A DNA stretch of 64,000 nt from Clostridium sp. CAG:557 (GCA_000435275.1 FR883868.1:10665-74664), one strand, 5' to 3'. Counted from the stretch's first letter, positions 9,146-19,570 are shown. Numbers and translations are program-made. The notes: a model not told the origin generated them from the sequence alone.

Positions 9146-10189
9146 ATGAATCTTATCGACATAAAGTCTTTGTCTAAAGTAAATATTTCAGAGTTTCTGA
9201 AAGCTGAAGGGCAACCAAACTATAGGGGCAATCAAATTTATTTATGGCTGGTTAAAGGCGTTTGTAGTTTCGATGACATGCTGAATGTCCCTAAAGATTT
9301 GCGTAACAAATTGAAAGAAAAATGTTATATTGCAACCGCAAAAATTGAGCGCAAATTGGTTTCTAAATATGACGGCACTATAAAATATTTATTTAAACTT
9401 TACGACGGTGAATTTATCGAATCCGTTGTAATGAAATACAAGCATGGATATACTATTTGTATTTCTACTCAAGTTGGCTGCAAAATGAATTGTCAATTTT
9501 GTGCAACCGGAAATAGCGGATTTTCTCGAAATTTAACTGCTTCTGAAATGCTCGCACAGATTCAAACTGCTCAAATTGACAACCATATAAAAATTTCTAA
9601 TGTAGTTTTGATGGGTATGGGTGAACCTCTTGACAATTATGATAATGTCATTCAATTTTTAAAATTAGTCTCATCTGAAGATAATTTAAACATCGGAATG
9701 CGCCATATTTCGCTGTCTACTTGCGGTATAATTAATAAAATTTATGATTTGGCTAATGAAAATCTTCAACTCACTCTTTCAGTTTCTTTGCATGCACCAA
9801 ATGACTCAATTCGTAATACTTTGATGCCAATAAATAAGAATTTTAACGTCGACGAACTTTTAAAAGCTTGTAAATTTTACATAATTAAAACTAAACGTAG
9901 AATTTCTTTTGAGTATGCTATGATTTCTGATATTAATGACAGCGACGACTGCGCTATTGAACTGGCTCGTAAACTTTCAGGAATGCTATGTCATGTAAAT
10001 TTAATTCCTGTAAACAATATCGGGGTTGAAAAAATTTTTTATGAGAAAAGTAATCAAAAACGACTTGAAAAATTTATGAATATTCTTTCAAAATATGGCA
10101 TAAACGCTACCGTGAGAAGGACTTTAGGTGCAGATATCAATGCTTCTTGTGGGCAATTGCGAAGAAAAGCTACTGATTTGGAGGTGTAA
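9146..10189 (+). CDS. rlmN: 23S rRNA (adenine2503-C2)-methyltransferase, radical SAM
   Basis: CxxxCxxC radical SAM motif (CKMNCQFCATG) and RlmN-type length and context, upstream of stp-prkC. Confidence 0.9.
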   Translation: MNLIDIKSLSKVNISEFLKAEGQPNYRGNQIYLWLVKGVCSFDDMLNVPKDLRNKLKEKCYIATAKIERKLVSKYDGTIKYLFKLYDGEFIESVVMKYKHGYTICISTQVGCKMNCQFCATGNSGFSRNLTASEMLAQIQTAQIDNHIKISNVVLMGMGEPLDNYDNVIQFLKLVSSEDNLNIGMRHISLSTCGIINKIYDLANENLQLTLSVSLHAPNDSIRNTLMPINKNFNVDELLKACKFYIIKTKRRISFEYAMISDINDSDDCAIELARKLSGMLCHVNLIPVNNIGVEKIFYEKSNQKRLEKFMNILSKYGINATVRRTLGADINASCGQLRRKATDLEV

Positions 10190-10190
10190 T

Positions 10191-10922
10191 ATGCAGGTCT
10201 TTGGTAAAAGTGATATCGGGTTAAAACGAACTTCTAATCAGGATTGTTTTGACTATGAGAACATAAATGAAAATTTGCTTTGGGCTGTCGTTTGCGACGG
10301 CATGGGCGGCGTTAATGGTGGTGATATTGCAAGCAATTTAGCTGTAAATAGCATCCGAGAAATTTTGACTCAAAATTATACTGAAGGTTTACTGCCTGTT
10401 GACGTAGAAAATTTGTTGAAAAAAGCTATTCAAAAAGCAAATTTTGAAATTTTTTCAGCGGCTCAAAATGACAACAATTTGTCTGGTATGGGTACTACCA
10501 TCGTTTTAGTCGCTATCTTTTATGATAAAATCCACATCGCTCATATTGGCGACAGCCGAGCTTACTTGATACGTCAGGGTAATATTAAACAGTTAACTGT
10601 TGACCATTCTGTAGTTCAAGAAATGATAAATGAAGGTGAAATTACTCATGAAGAAGCTAAACGTCACCCTCAAAAAAATATAATTACACGTGCTCTTGGA
10701 ATTAGCAAAAATGTGGATATTGACTATTCTATTGAAACCAAAAAGCCAACAGATTCAATCATCATTTGTACCGATGGTTTAACTAATTATTTTGACCAAA
10801 ACGAAATTTTAGATTATGTCAAAAATAAAAAAAATAATCAACAGCTCGTTGACAACTTTATTTTTACTGCAAATGAACGTGGAGGCAATGACAATATTAC
10901 AGTTGTTATTTTAGGCGAGTGA
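10191..10922 (+). CDS. stp: PP2C-family Ser/Thr protein phosphatase
   Basis: PP2C motifs (DGMGG, DSRAY, TDGL, GGNDNITVV). ATG 10191 follows GGAGGTG and overlaps the rlmN stop. The ORF-track start at 10128 was rejected. Confidence 0.9.
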   Translation: MQVFGKSDIGLKRTSNQDCFDYENINENLLWAVVCDGMGGVNGGDIASNLAVNSIREILTQNYTEGLLPVDVENLLKKAIQKANFEIFSAAQNDNNLSGMGTTIVLVAIFYDKIHIAHIGDSRAYLIRQGNIKQLTVDHSVVQEMINEGEITHEEAKRHPQKNIITRALGISKNVDIDYSIETKKPTDSIIICTDGLTNYFDQNEILDYVKNKKNNQQLVDNFIFTANERGGNDNITVVILGE

Positions 10923-10942
10923 TTAAGTCAGAGGTGATTTTT

Positions 10943-12994
10943 ATGGATAAATACATTGGAAAAAGATTGGATGGACGGTACGAAATTAATGAACTGCTCG
11001 GTTGTGGCGGTATGGCTAAAGTTTACAGCGCTTATGATATTATAGATGACCGAACTGTTGCTATAAAAATTTTAAAAGATGAATTTTTGAACAACAAAGA
11101 CTTTATTAGAAGATTTAAAAATGAATCTAAAGCGATTGCTGTGCTATCTCACCCCAATATCGTTAAGATTTATGATGTTAGCTTTGGTGACAGAATTCAA
11201 TATATCGTTATGGAGAATATCGATGGAATAACTTTGAAAGAATATATCGACAGGCAGCATACAATCAAATGGCGTGACGCTGTTCATTTTACAATTCAAA
11301 TATTAAAAGCTTTGCAGCACGCTCACGAAAAAGGTGTTGTTCATAGAGATGTCAAACCTCAAAATATTATGCTTTTAAAAGATGGAACTATCAAAGTTAC
11401 AGATTTTGGTATTGCAAGGTTCGCTAAAAACGAAACTCGAACTATGACTGAAAAGGCTATAGGTTCAGTCCATTACATTTCTCCTGAACAGGCTCGAGGA
11501 GACATAACAGATGAAAAATCTGACATATACTCTGTTGGTGTTATGCTTTATGAGATGTTAACAGGAAAACTGCCTTTTGAAGCTGACAATGCTGTCTCTG
11601 TAGCAATTATGCAAATGCAATCTGAACCAAAAAAATTAAGAGAAATTAATCCGGAAATTCCTGAAGGTTTAGAAGATATTACTTTAAAAGCTATGAAAAA
11701 AAGCTCTGACCATAGATATAAATCTGCTGAAGAAATGTTGGAAGCTATCGAAATGTTTAGAAAAAATCCTAGCATCCGCTTTGAATATAAATACTTTTCT
11801 GATAACGCTCCTACAAAATATCTTGATGCTATAAACAATATCAAAGAAAGTAAGTCAAAATCTGGCTACTCCGATGGATATACTTATAATGATGAAGAAC
11901 AAGAGCCTTCTGAAAAACGTTCTAAAGCTATAAACATTTTAATTGGTGCAGGAATTGCTCTTATAATCTTCCTTGTAGTAATTGGTCTTGGCTTAGTTTC
12001 CGGTTGGTTCGGTTTCGGTAGCAAAGATATCGATGTACCAAATTTTATTGGTATGAAAATTTCTGATATTGTCGATAATGATAAATATAAATTTAGCTGG
12101 AATATCGAACAAGCTTATGATTCTAGCAAGCCAGAAGGCGTTATAATCGATCAAGATCCAAAATCTGGAACTAAGAAAATAAAAGAAAATTCTCGAATAA
12201 CCTTAACTGTAAACAGTTCTGGCACTTTGGTTTCTATTCCTTCTGTACGCGGATTAACCCTTGATGCGGCCAAAGCAAAAATTAAAGATGCTGGCTTAGT
12301 TTATGAAGTTCTTACCGTTGAAGACAGCGATACAGCTGAAGGAATTGTTAAAGGGACTGACCCAAAAGAAGGAACCGAAATTGTTGTAAATAGCATGGTT
12401 AGAATTCTCGTAAGCAAAGGTCCTGCTGAAAAAAAGGTTACCGTCCCGGATGTTATAAATAAATCACTTTCTGACGCAACCAAAGAGCTTATAGAAAAAG
12501 GCCTTAAAGTCTCAGATAACATTATTAAAGAAACCAGTAACAAGGCTAAAGATACGGTACTATCTACAAATCCGTTACCAGGAGTTGAAGTAAACGAAGG
12601 AAGTGCTATTACATTAACAATCAGCTCTGGAGAATCTCAAGAAAAAACTTTAAAAATTAATGTAGATTTACCTTCCAGTGTAAATCACGAAGTCAGTATG
12701 AAAGTTTATATAAATGGTGTTATGGATTCAAGTAACTCAAAAACTATAATTCCTGCATACAATTCTAATTACTCATTCTCTGTTAAAGGTTCCGGTGAAA
12801 CAAAAACTATAATTGTAAATTTAGACGGGCAAAAATATAGAGTCTATGAGGTAAATTTTAGCAGCGAAACGGTTCGTGCAACCGAAAAGTATAATTTTAA
12901 TGAATCTTCTGCATCAACTACAAGCAGTAAATCTTCAAATAAAAATCATAGTATAACCGAAACCAGAATGAAAATCCGAAGAAGGCAAAATTAA
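10943..12994 (+). CDS. prkC: Ser/Thr protein kinase with PASTA repeats
   Basis: Hanks kinase motifs (GCGGMAKVY, HRDVKPQN, DFGIA), a transmembrane segment and three PASTA repeats, with a C-terminal S/T-rich extension. Conserved stp-prkC pair. Confidence 0.92.
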   Translation: MDKYIGKRLDGRYEINELLGCGGMAKVYSAYDIIDDRTVAIKILKDEFLNNKDFIRRFKNESKAIAVLSHPNIVKIYDVSFGDRIQYIVMENIDGITLKEYIDRQHTIKWRDAVHFTIQILKALQHAHEKGVVHRDVKPQNIMLLKDGTIKVTDFGIARFAKNETRTMTEKAIGSVHYISPEQARGDITDEKSDIYSVGVMLYEMLTGKLPFEADNAVSVAIMQMQSEPKKLREINPEIPEGLEDITLKAMKKSSDHRYKSAEEMLEAIEMFRKNPSIRFEYKYFSDNAPTKYLDAINNIKESKSKSGYSDGYTYNDEEQEPSEKRSKAINILIGAGIALIIFLVVIGLGLVSGWFGFGSKDIDVPNFIGMKISDIVDNDKYKFSWNIEQAYDSSKPEGVIIDQDPKSGTKKIKENSRITLTVNSSGTLVSIPSVRGLTLDAAKAKIKDAGLVYEVLTVEDSDTAEGIVKGTDPKEGTEIVVNSMVRILVSKGPAEKKVTVPDVINKSLSDATKELIEKGLKVSDNIIKETSNKAKDTVLSTNPLPGVEVNEGSAITLTISSGESQEKTLKINVDLPSSVNHEVSMKVYINGVMDSSNSKTIIPAYNSNYSFSVKGSGETKTIIVNLDGQKYRVYEVNFSSETVRATEKYNFNESSASTTSSKSSNKNHSITETRMKIRRRQN

Positions 12995-13020
12995 AAACTT
13001 TTTTATAATTTAAAGTTAAT

Positions 13021-13056
13021 CCACAATAATATTAAGATATTATTGTGGAATTTTTT
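13021..13056 (+). terminator. rho-independent terminator after prkC
   Basis: 10-bp stem CCACAATAAT/ATTATTGTGG with an 8-nt loop, followed by AATTTTTT. Confidence 0.7.
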
Positions 13057-13092
13057 ATAATAAAAACTTTGTTTCCTTTAAAAATAAAACAA

Positions 13093-13124
13093 GCATGAGG
13101 CGCGCGATATAGTGCGCCTCATGC
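13093..13124 (-). terminator. rho-independent terminator after hpf (likely bidirectional)
   Basis: 11-bp GC-rich stem GCATGAGGCGC/GCGCCTCATGC with loop GCGATATAGT. A U-tract follows on the minus strand. Confidence 0.65.
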
Positions 13125-13136
13125 CAATATAGTAAC

Positions 13137-13685
13137 TTACTTATTTTGCCCTGCGTCAGGAGTTAATAAGCCATAATCGCCGTTTTTGCGACGATAAACA
13201 ACATTAACTTCTCCGTTAGTCTGATTTCTAAACATATAAAATTGATGACCAATCATATCCATTTGTAAAATTGCTTCTTCCACATCAAGCGGCTTTACTG
13301 GGAAATTTTTAATTCTGACGATTTTGTATTCTTCTTCAAGTTGCGAGTTGTCGGCCACTTCTTGTTCCGGTAAATAGTTTTCTAATGCATCTTTTCTAAG
13401 TCTTTTGGCAAGCTTAGTTTTGTGTTTTCTAAATTGCCTTGACAGCGCCTCCATAACTATATCAAGCGCCTCATTCATTTCTGAAGTAGTTGCCTCTGCG
13501 CGATAAACCATTCCTTCGTGATGAATTGTCACCTCGACGGTCTGACGATTTTTTTCTACAGTAACCGTAACATTGGCTTCCGCATTACCATCAAACAGCT
13601 TATCAAATTTAGATAATTTTTTTTCAGCTAATTCTTTAAAATTATCTTTCAAATTTACCTTTCTTCCTGTAATTACGGTTTTCAT
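13137..13685 (-). CDS. hpf: ribosome hibernation promoting factor (long form, S30AE family)
   Basis: N-terminal S30AE/YfiA domain plus C-terminal dimerisation domain. Length and sequence are typical of Firmicutes long HPF. Confidence 0.9.
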   Translation of the reverse strand: MKTVITGRKVNLKDNFKELAEKKLSKFDKLFDGNAEANVTVTVEKNRQTVEVTIHHEGMVYRAEATTSEMNEALDIVMEALSRQFRKHKTKLAKRLRKDALENYLPEQEVADNSQLEEEYKIVRIKNFPVKPLDVEEAILQMDMIGHQFYMFRNQTNGEVNVVYRRKNGDYGLLTPDAGQNK

Positions 13686-13800
13686 TTTACATCCTCCTCA
13701 AAAATAAATTATAAATTGAGCTGTATTAAAATATAAAATTAATCTACCTCGTAAATATAATATCATACTTTACAAAGAAATCCAATATTTAAAATTAAAA

Positions 13801-14967
13801 TTATATAGAATTATTTTTTATCTCGCCATTACAAATAATCATCAACGGTTTTTTCATAATATCAAACGGAGAATCCTCAAAAACAACTAAATCTGCATCT
13901 TTTCCTGCATTTATAGACCCCACTTTGTCAAAAATTCCGCAAATTTTAGCCGGATTTATTGTCACCGCCTTCAATGCTTCATATCGCTCCATTCCGTCAC
14001 GTATAGCCAAAGCTGCACACAACTGCAAATATTGCACAGGCGTTTCTGGATGGTCTGTTGTGATTGCTAATAAAATACCATTATTAGTCAAAACTCCTGG
14101 CGTTTTCGTAGACAAATTAACAAGCTCGGGCTTAGAGCGGTCGCTTAATATTGGTCCAGACAAAACGCTCACCTGCTCAGATTTCAATCTTGTGGCAATA
14201 AGATGCCCTTCTGTCGCATGAATTATTACATAATTTATGTCAAATTCTTTTGCAATTCTCATTGCAGTAAAAATATCATCTGCCCTGTGTGCGTGAATGT
14301 GTGCCGAAATTTTCTTTTTCAACAAAGGTATCAAAGCCTCACATTTTGCATCATACTCTGGTAAATCATATTCCGTTGGATTTTTCTCGGCTTTATCTTT
14401 TTCGCACATATACCGTTTTGCTTTGCTTAATTGTTCCCGAATTATCGCTGCCGTTGCCATTCTTGTCATTGGTGCTTGACTTTTGTCGTTATAAATCATT
14501 TTAGGGTTTTCTCCAAAAGCAAATTTTATCGCTACTGGTTTTTTTATTACCATGTCATCAACACAAATTCCTGATGTTTTCATTGCAAAAATTTGTCCTC
14601 CAATGGGATTTGCACTGCCAGGGCTTATTACTACCGTTGTAATTCCAGCTAAAAGTGCTTCTTCAAAACTTTTGTCCATCGGATTTACTGCATCAATAGC
14701 CTTCATATGCGGAGTGGATGGGTCTGTGTATTCATTGCCGTCTTCCCCCTCAAATCCTAGACCATTTTCAAATAGCCCTATATGTGTATGTGCATCTATA
14801 AAGCCCGGATATACGCTTTTTCCGCGCAAATCAATCGTGTTTTCATCTTGTAAATCAAGGGCTTGCATACTACCTACTTTATTTATTTTTTTATCCTTTA
14901 TAAAAATAAAACCATTCTCTATGATTTCTGCGTCCATCGTGTAAATTTTTGCATTAATTAATAGCAT
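13801..14967 (-). CDS. metal-dependent amidohydrolase family protein
   Basis: PGFIDAHTH metal-binding motif near the N-terminus plus HxH and D residues of the amidohydrolase superfamily. The substrate is unknown. Confidence 0.7.
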   Translation of the reverse strand: MLLINAKIYTMDAEIIENGFIFIKDKKINKVGSMQALDLQDENTIDLRGKSVYPGFIDAHTHIGLFENGLGFEGEDGNEYTDPSTPHMKAIDAVNPMDKSFEEALLAGITTVVISPGSANPIGGQIFAMKTSGICVDDMVIKKPVAIKFAFGENPKMIYNDKSQAPMTRMATAAIIREQLSKAKRYMCEKDKAEKNPTEYDLPEYDAKCEALIPLLKKKISAHIHAHRADDIFTAMRIAKEFDINYVIIHATEGHLIATRLKSEQVSVLSGPILSDRSKPELVNLSTKTPGVLTNNGILLAITTDHPETPVQYLQLCAALAIRDGMERYEALKAVTINPAKICGIFDKVGSINAGKDADLVVFEDSPFDIMKKPLMIICNGEIKNNSI

Positions 14968-15043
14968 AAAAAACCTCTTTTCAATTGTAATAAATCAAAA
15001 AGAGCCGACTTTATCGACCCTTTCTAAATTTTGTATTAATTAT

Positions 15044-15514
15044 TTAACGCTGAGAACCTCTTCTTGAAAAACTACCTCTTTTGGATTCAGTAGCTCGCTT
15101 TAAATCCGAAATTTTTTCTTCACTTTTATGTTTAAAAGATGAAAGCATTTCTTCAAAGCTGGAAACCGGATTTTTCTTAGGGCTCTGCCACTCAAAGTTT
15201 CCTGGTCTAGTGAATTTACTTGTTTTACCAGTATTTTGATTATTATCTTGACTTTGATTCAGCCGCTTTACCGGTTTTTGTGGCATTAATTTTTTTACTG
15301 AAAGAGCAATTTCATTTTTTTCCGAAATATTAATAATCTTTGCCTTTATTACTTGACCTATCTTCAAGTAGTCTTTAATGTCTTTTACAAAATCCGTTGA
15401 CACTTCAGAAATATGAACCATTCCAGTCTTGCCGTTTGGCAAATCTACAAAAGCTCCAAAATTTGTTATTCCTGATACTTTGCCCTCTACTATCGTTCCA
15501 ACCTCTAGTTGCAT
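15044..15514 (-). CDS. yabR: S1 RNA-binding domain protein (YabR-like)
   Basis: N-terminal S1 domain (EVGTIVEGKVSGITNFGAFV...GMVHISE). Position downstream of divIC as in Bacillus. Confidence 0.8.
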   Translation of the reverse strand: MQLEVGTIVEGKVSGITNFGAFVDLPNGKTGMVHISEVSTDFVKDIKDYLKIGQVIKAKIINISEKNEIALSVKKLMPQKPVKRLNQSQDNNQNTGKTSKFTRPGNFEWQSPKKNPVSSFEEMLSSFKHKSEEKISDLKRATESKRGSFSRRGSQR

Positions 15515-15537
15515 AAAAAAACAACTTCCTCCTTAAA

Positions 15538-15855
15538 TTAGTTCCCAGATATATTTACAAAAATTCTCTCATTATGTTTAGAAAGATTTAATTCTCGCGC
15601 TGTTTTTACAAAATACTCTTCATTCTCTTCATCAGTTGCTTGAGAAATTTTTCTTAATTTTTCATTCTTAGCCTTTTGAAGTTCTAATTCAGAATTAAGA
15701 CAGTTCAAATGCTCCCTTTTTTCATTAATCTTTGTATATTGACCTGCCAAAACAAAGACTGAATAGAAAACAAAAAATAACGCCACAGACTTTAACATCC
15801 ACTTAAATAAATTTTTTTTTAATTTTCTTTTGCCCTTTATAACTTTTATTTTCAT
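15538..15855 (-). CDS. divIC: septum formation initiator DivIC/FtsB family
   Basis: Single transmembrane segment followed by a coiled coil. Conserved yabP-yabQ-divIC-yabR synteny. Confidence 0.7.
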   Translation of the reverse strand: MKIKVIKGKRKLKKNLFKWMLKSVALFFVFYSVFVLAGQYTKINEKREHLNCLNSELELQKAKNEKLRKISQATDEENEEYFVKTARELNLSKHNERIFVNISGN

Positions 15856-15920
15856 TTTTGTTGAAAATATTTCCTTTCAAAAAACTTATAATTCATTATA
15901 TCATAAACATTATTTAAATT

Positions 15921-16430
15921 TCAACAAATATTTTTATCCAAATTAATTTTTGTTTTAGCCTTTATTTTTTTACGCATTTTCTGCAAAAATTTTTTCGGAG
16001 ATTTTGAATTTTTTATAAATTTGGATTTCATAGTCTTAAATTTATTTGTCAGTTTTCTCATTTTATCCTTTGGAATTTTTGATATAAAAAATCTTTTAAG
16101 TTTAGATAGCCATTTACTTAAAAATTTTACTACAGTTAAAATAAGTTTATAAACGAATTTTCCTACAGTGACTCGATATATCAGCCACCCAATCGCTTCT
16201 CCCAAAACAATATAAACCCGAATTTCTCCACTGTTCATTACTAAAATGTACGTGAATGTGATAATCGCACTTAAAACAAAGTATATTACATCTTCAAAAA
16301 AAATTCGCTTTAAATTCACTTTTAGCACAGCATTCATTATCCTAAAGCCATCAAAAAATAAGCTTAAAAAAGCCCCCAAAAGCATCGCAAACAAAAAAAT
16401 AGTTATCTGTGAAGTTACCATCGTGCCCAT
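15921..16430 (-). CDS. yabQ: spore cortex biosynthesis protein YabQ-like membrane protein
   Basis: Hydrophobic N-terminal region with a lysine-rich tail. Located between yabP and divIC. Confidence 0.6.
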   Translation of the reverse strand: MGTMVTSQITIFLFAMLLGAFLSLFFDGFRIMNAVLKVNLKRIFFEDVIYFVLSAIITFTYILVMNSGEIRVYIVLGEAIGWLIYRVTVGKFVYKLILTVVKFLSKWLSKLKRFFISKIPKDKMRKLTNKFKTMKSKFIKNSKSPKKFLQKMRKKIKAKTKINLDKNIC

Positions 16431-16441
16431 CTTTTTACCTC

Positions 16442-16723
16442 TTACCTAAACAGTTTAGAGAAAAAACCTCTCTCTGCTGGCCTATCTTCTGCGTACTCCA
16501 ATGAATATACTTCTCCATCAAGCTCTAAATCGCCGCTGTCTAAATTTATCTTATTTATGTGTAGATTACTTCCCTTTATTGTCAGTTCGCCCAAATCTGT
16601 ATATGCCACCACCGCGTTATCATCGAAACTATCTACATCTAAAACTCCTGATATATTTAATGATTTTCTCTCTTTTAATATCAAATTATGTGAAAGTTTT
16701 ATGTCTTTTTTTTCTTCTATCAT
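16442..16723 (-). CDS. yabP: sporulation protein YabP
   Basis: YabP/YqfC family sequence (HNLILKERKSLNISGV...) in the expected position. Confidence 0.8.
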   Translation of the reverse strand: MIEEKKDIKLSHNLILKERKSLNISGVLDVDSFDDNAVVAYTDLGELTIKGSNLHINKINLDSGDLELDGEVYSLEYAEDRPAERGFFSKLFR

Positions 16724-16786
16724 ATTTATTCCCCCAGTAATTATATTTATAAAAATAATTATGAGGTTGTTTTTTGTGATATTCCT

Positions 16787-17029
16787 TTAATTTACAACTT
16801 TATACATATTCGGTGCATCATCTTTTCTAACATATTCTGCCACTGCTAAAACTTCCACTGCAAGTTTTTTTGCTCCCAAATTTATCTCTATTTTATCTCC
16901 TATTTTTACATCGTACGAGGCTCTAGCTACTTTTCCATTTATCAAAATCTTACCTGCATCGCAAGCTTCGTTTGCAATAGTCCTTCTTTTTATGAGTCGC
17001 GTGATTTTTAAATATTTATCTAATCTCAT
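16787..17029 (-). CDS. yabO: S4-domain RNA-binding protein (YabO/Hsp15-like)
   Basis: MRLDKYLK...RTIANEACDAGKILINGK S4 motif. ATG at 17029 lies 6 nt after GGAGG. The ORF-track start at 17062 was rejected. Confidence 0.8.
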   Translation of the reverse strand: MRLDKYLKITRLIKRRTIANEACDAGKILINGKVARASYDVKIGDKIEINLGAKKLAVEVLAVAEYVRKDDAPNMYKVVN

Positions 17030-17043
17030 AATTTTCCTCCGAA

Positions 17044-17076
17044 AAAATCGACTTCCTATCAAAAGAAGTCGATTTT
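17044..17076 (-). terminator. rho-independent terminator after hup
   Basis: 10-bp stem AATCGACTTC/GAAGTCGATT, followed on the minus strand by a T-run. Confidence 0.65.
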
Positions 17077-17084
17077 ATTTAAAA

Positions 17085-17363
17085 TTATTTTCCAGATACA
17101 GCATCCTTAAAGCCTTTACCTGCTTTAAATGCTGGAACTTTACAAGCTGGAATTGTAATTGGTTTGTTTGTTCTTGGATCGCGGCCGGTTCTTTCACTAC
17201 GAGAGCGCAATTCAAATGTTCCAAAACCGATCAATTGAACTCTATCGTCTTCTTTAACGGCCTCCATAATTGAATCAATAACGGCTGCAACTGCTTTTTC
17301 AGAATCTTTTTTAGAAAGGCCGCTCCTTTCTGCTACCGATGCAATCAAGTCTGTTTTATTCAT
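17085..17363 (-). CDS. hup: DNA-binding protein HU
   Basis: MNKTDLIASVAE...GFGTFE...R.GRNP.T motif typical of HU. RBS GGAGG. Confidence 0.92.
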   Translation of the reverse strand: MNKTDLIASVAERSGLSKKDSEKAVAAVIDSIMEAVKEDDRVQLIGFGTFELRSRSERTGRDPRTNKPITIPACKVPAFKAGKGFKDAVSGK

Positions 17364-17628
17364 TTTGACTACCTCCATTTTTATTTTTATTCATCAAAGC
17401 TTTTTTACTTTGAGAATTAACTAATTTAAATCTAGCGCTTAGAAATATAGACTTTATTTGGCTTTGCAAAATAGCCTTAATTTGCCAAATTATAGAAGTC
17501 TTTTACATTATACCTTTTTTTCCCTTAAAAGTCTACACTTTTTTATTTTTCTCAGAAATTGTAAAAAATTAGTTTTTATTACCTGAGAAAAATGTCTATA
17601 TTTCCATAAATCGCTAAACAAGACTATT

Positions 17629-19410
17629 TTAACTGATAAATCGTAATTTTTCAAGTATCTTTATAATTTTTTCTCCTTTTGGCAACAATTTTATGTCATT
17701 GCGACTTAGTTCACCTAATGAAACTAATGCTAAAAGGTACACTACAACCGCAAAAATTATAGACAAAGCTATAGCTATTATTACCGGAACCCTATCTTTT
17801 AGCAGTATCATTAATATTTTTGCTGCTGCTCCACAAAATAATGACCCAACAAGTGGTTTTAATACTGTGTCGACGAAACTTGGGACTACTTTTGTATTTT
17901 TAAACAGCATATACATCGAAGTCACCAATATAAATGCATAACCAGCTAATGTCCCTATTCCTGCTCCCTGTATGTTTATTTGTGGAACTCCTACTAAAAC
18001 ATAATTTACCAATATTTTTATTGCCAAGCCTATTGAGATTATTTTTACCGGCAAATCCACCCGGCCTATTGCCTGAAGCATACTGCAAATCGGTGTGCTT
18101 GCAGCTGTAAATATCGTTGCTATTCCTAATATTGGAATTATTTCTGACGCTATGCTAACTGCAATTGGACGACTTCTGTAAATTACGCTCAAAAGTTCCG
18201 GTCCTATAACAGACAGTCCTATTCCAGCTGGAATTGTAACTAACATCGTCATTCTTATTACAGTTTCCATACTTTTTTTTAATTTTTCACTATCTTTGAG
18301 TGTCCAAGCTCTTGTTACCGACGGCAAAGCAACTATTCCAAATGCCTGTGTTATTGCAGGAACTAGCATCATCAGAGGCAAAGTAAAAGAATAACATCCC
18401 ATTAAAAATCCGTGAACACCGTCTTTACTTCTTACTACACTCTCACCTATTTTTGACCCATACTGTGCCAATAATTCATTTGGCGTCGTTGACATCACAT
18501 ACTGTATTCTGTGCAAAATCAGAGTTGTGTCGATTAATCCCGCTACATTCATAATTATTGCACCTAACCCAATAGGTAGTGCATTTTTTATCAATGTTTT
18601 TGCTATGGACTTTCCACTTTTTGCTTCTGGTGAATGCATTATTTCATTTTTTGTTATGCCATCACCACGAATTTTATCTTGTAAAATCAAATATAAAAAT
18701 CCCGCCGCTGCTCCCAGTGATATTCCTAAAATTGCTCCAGCTGACGCCAGCGGCATTATGGCAGCCTCTGCCAATTCTTTTGTCGCATATGCTTTGCCTA
18801 AAAATGTGCCATTTGTCAAGTACTCTCGCATGCCAAACCGTATTATGCCATATGACGTCACATAACCTATAAAAAATTTAAAGCTGGCTTCTATTACCTC
18901 AGAAGTTGCGGTCGGAGTCATATTTTTTAGCCCTTGATAATACCCTCTATAAATTGACATTAAACATGCAAAAAATATTGTTGGAGCCAACGTTATTACC
19001 GAATAAAAAGCTCCTGGAACGTTTACAAAAGGCAACCGAGGAATTATAAATGCACCTAAAATCATCAGCAATAAGCCCACTGTTCCTGTAAGCAAAAATA
19101 TTGGCAAGGAAATCTTTTTTATTTTTTTTACGTCCCTATACCTTCCATTTGCGACACTTTCCGAAACCATCCTAGAAATTGCTATTGGCAAACCTGCTGT
19201 TGCCAAAGCAAATAGCGGATTATATATCTCATACGCTACCGTAAAATACGTTGCGCCTGTTGGTCCTATCATTCCCGTTACAAAAATTCTAAATAATATG
19301 CCCATTATTTTTACTAAAAGCAAGCTTCCTGTCAAAATCACCGTGCCTTGCATAAAACTTTGATCTTTTCTTTTTATTCTTTTTTCACATTTTGTACTGT
19401 TTTTATTCAC
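17629..19410 (-). CDS. MOP-superfamily polysaccharide/lipid II flippase (SpoVB/YabM-like)
   Basis: ~14 predicted transmembrane helices and MOP/MurJ-like length. Located where yabM/spoVB-like genes occur near the yabP cluster. Confidence 0.7.
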   Translation of the reverse strand: MNKNSTKCEKRIKRKDQSFMQGTVILTGSLLLVKIMGILFRIFVTGMIGPTGATYFTVAYEIYNPLFALATAGLPIAISRMVSESVANGRYRDVKKIKKISLPIFLLTGTVGLLLMILGAFIIPRLPFVNVPGAFYSVITLAPTIFFACLMSIYRGYYQGLKNMTPTATSEVIEASFKFFIGYVTSYGIIRFGMREYLTNGTFLGKAYATKELAEAAIMPLASAGAILGISLGAAAGFLYLILQDKIRGDGITKNEIMHSPEAKSGKSIAKTLIKNALPIGLGAIIMNVAGLIDTTLILHRIQYVMSTTPNELLAQYGSKIGESVVRSKDGVHGFLMGCYSFTLPLMMLVPAITQAFGIVALPSVTRAWTLKDSEKLKKSMETVIRMTMLVTIPAGIGLSVIGPELLSVIYRSRPIAVSIASEIIPILGIATIFTAASTPICSMLQAIGRVDLPVKIISIGLAIKILVNYVLVGVPQINIQGAGIGTLAGYAFILVTSMYMLFKNTKVVPSFVDTVLKPLVGSLFCGAAAKILMILLKDRVPVIIAIALSIIFAVVVYLLALVSLGELSRNDIKLLPKGEKIIKILEKLRFIS

Positions 19411-19526
19411 TCAAGCACTTCCCCTATTCAAAAAACTATGCGATTACTTATTATAATACCTTTAAATGAATATGTACAGTCCTTGCTCATTTATTCTGAC
19501 AAAAATTTCTGTATAAAAATATAACG

Positions 19527-19550
19527 AAGGCCACAAATCTGTAGCCTTCA
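19527..19550 (-). terminator. terminator after the lipoprotein gene
   Basis: Hairpin GAAGGCCACA/TGTAGCCTTC, followed on the minus strand by T-rich sequence. Confidence 0.5.
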
Positions 19551-19570
19551 TTATATTATTAGGAGAAATT

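Noticed and set aside
10128-10190. Longer stp ORF starting at 10128 overlapping rlmN
   Set aside because: ATG 10191 directly follows GGAGGTG and matches the PP2C N-terminus. The upstream extension overlaps 62 nt of rlmN with no RBS.
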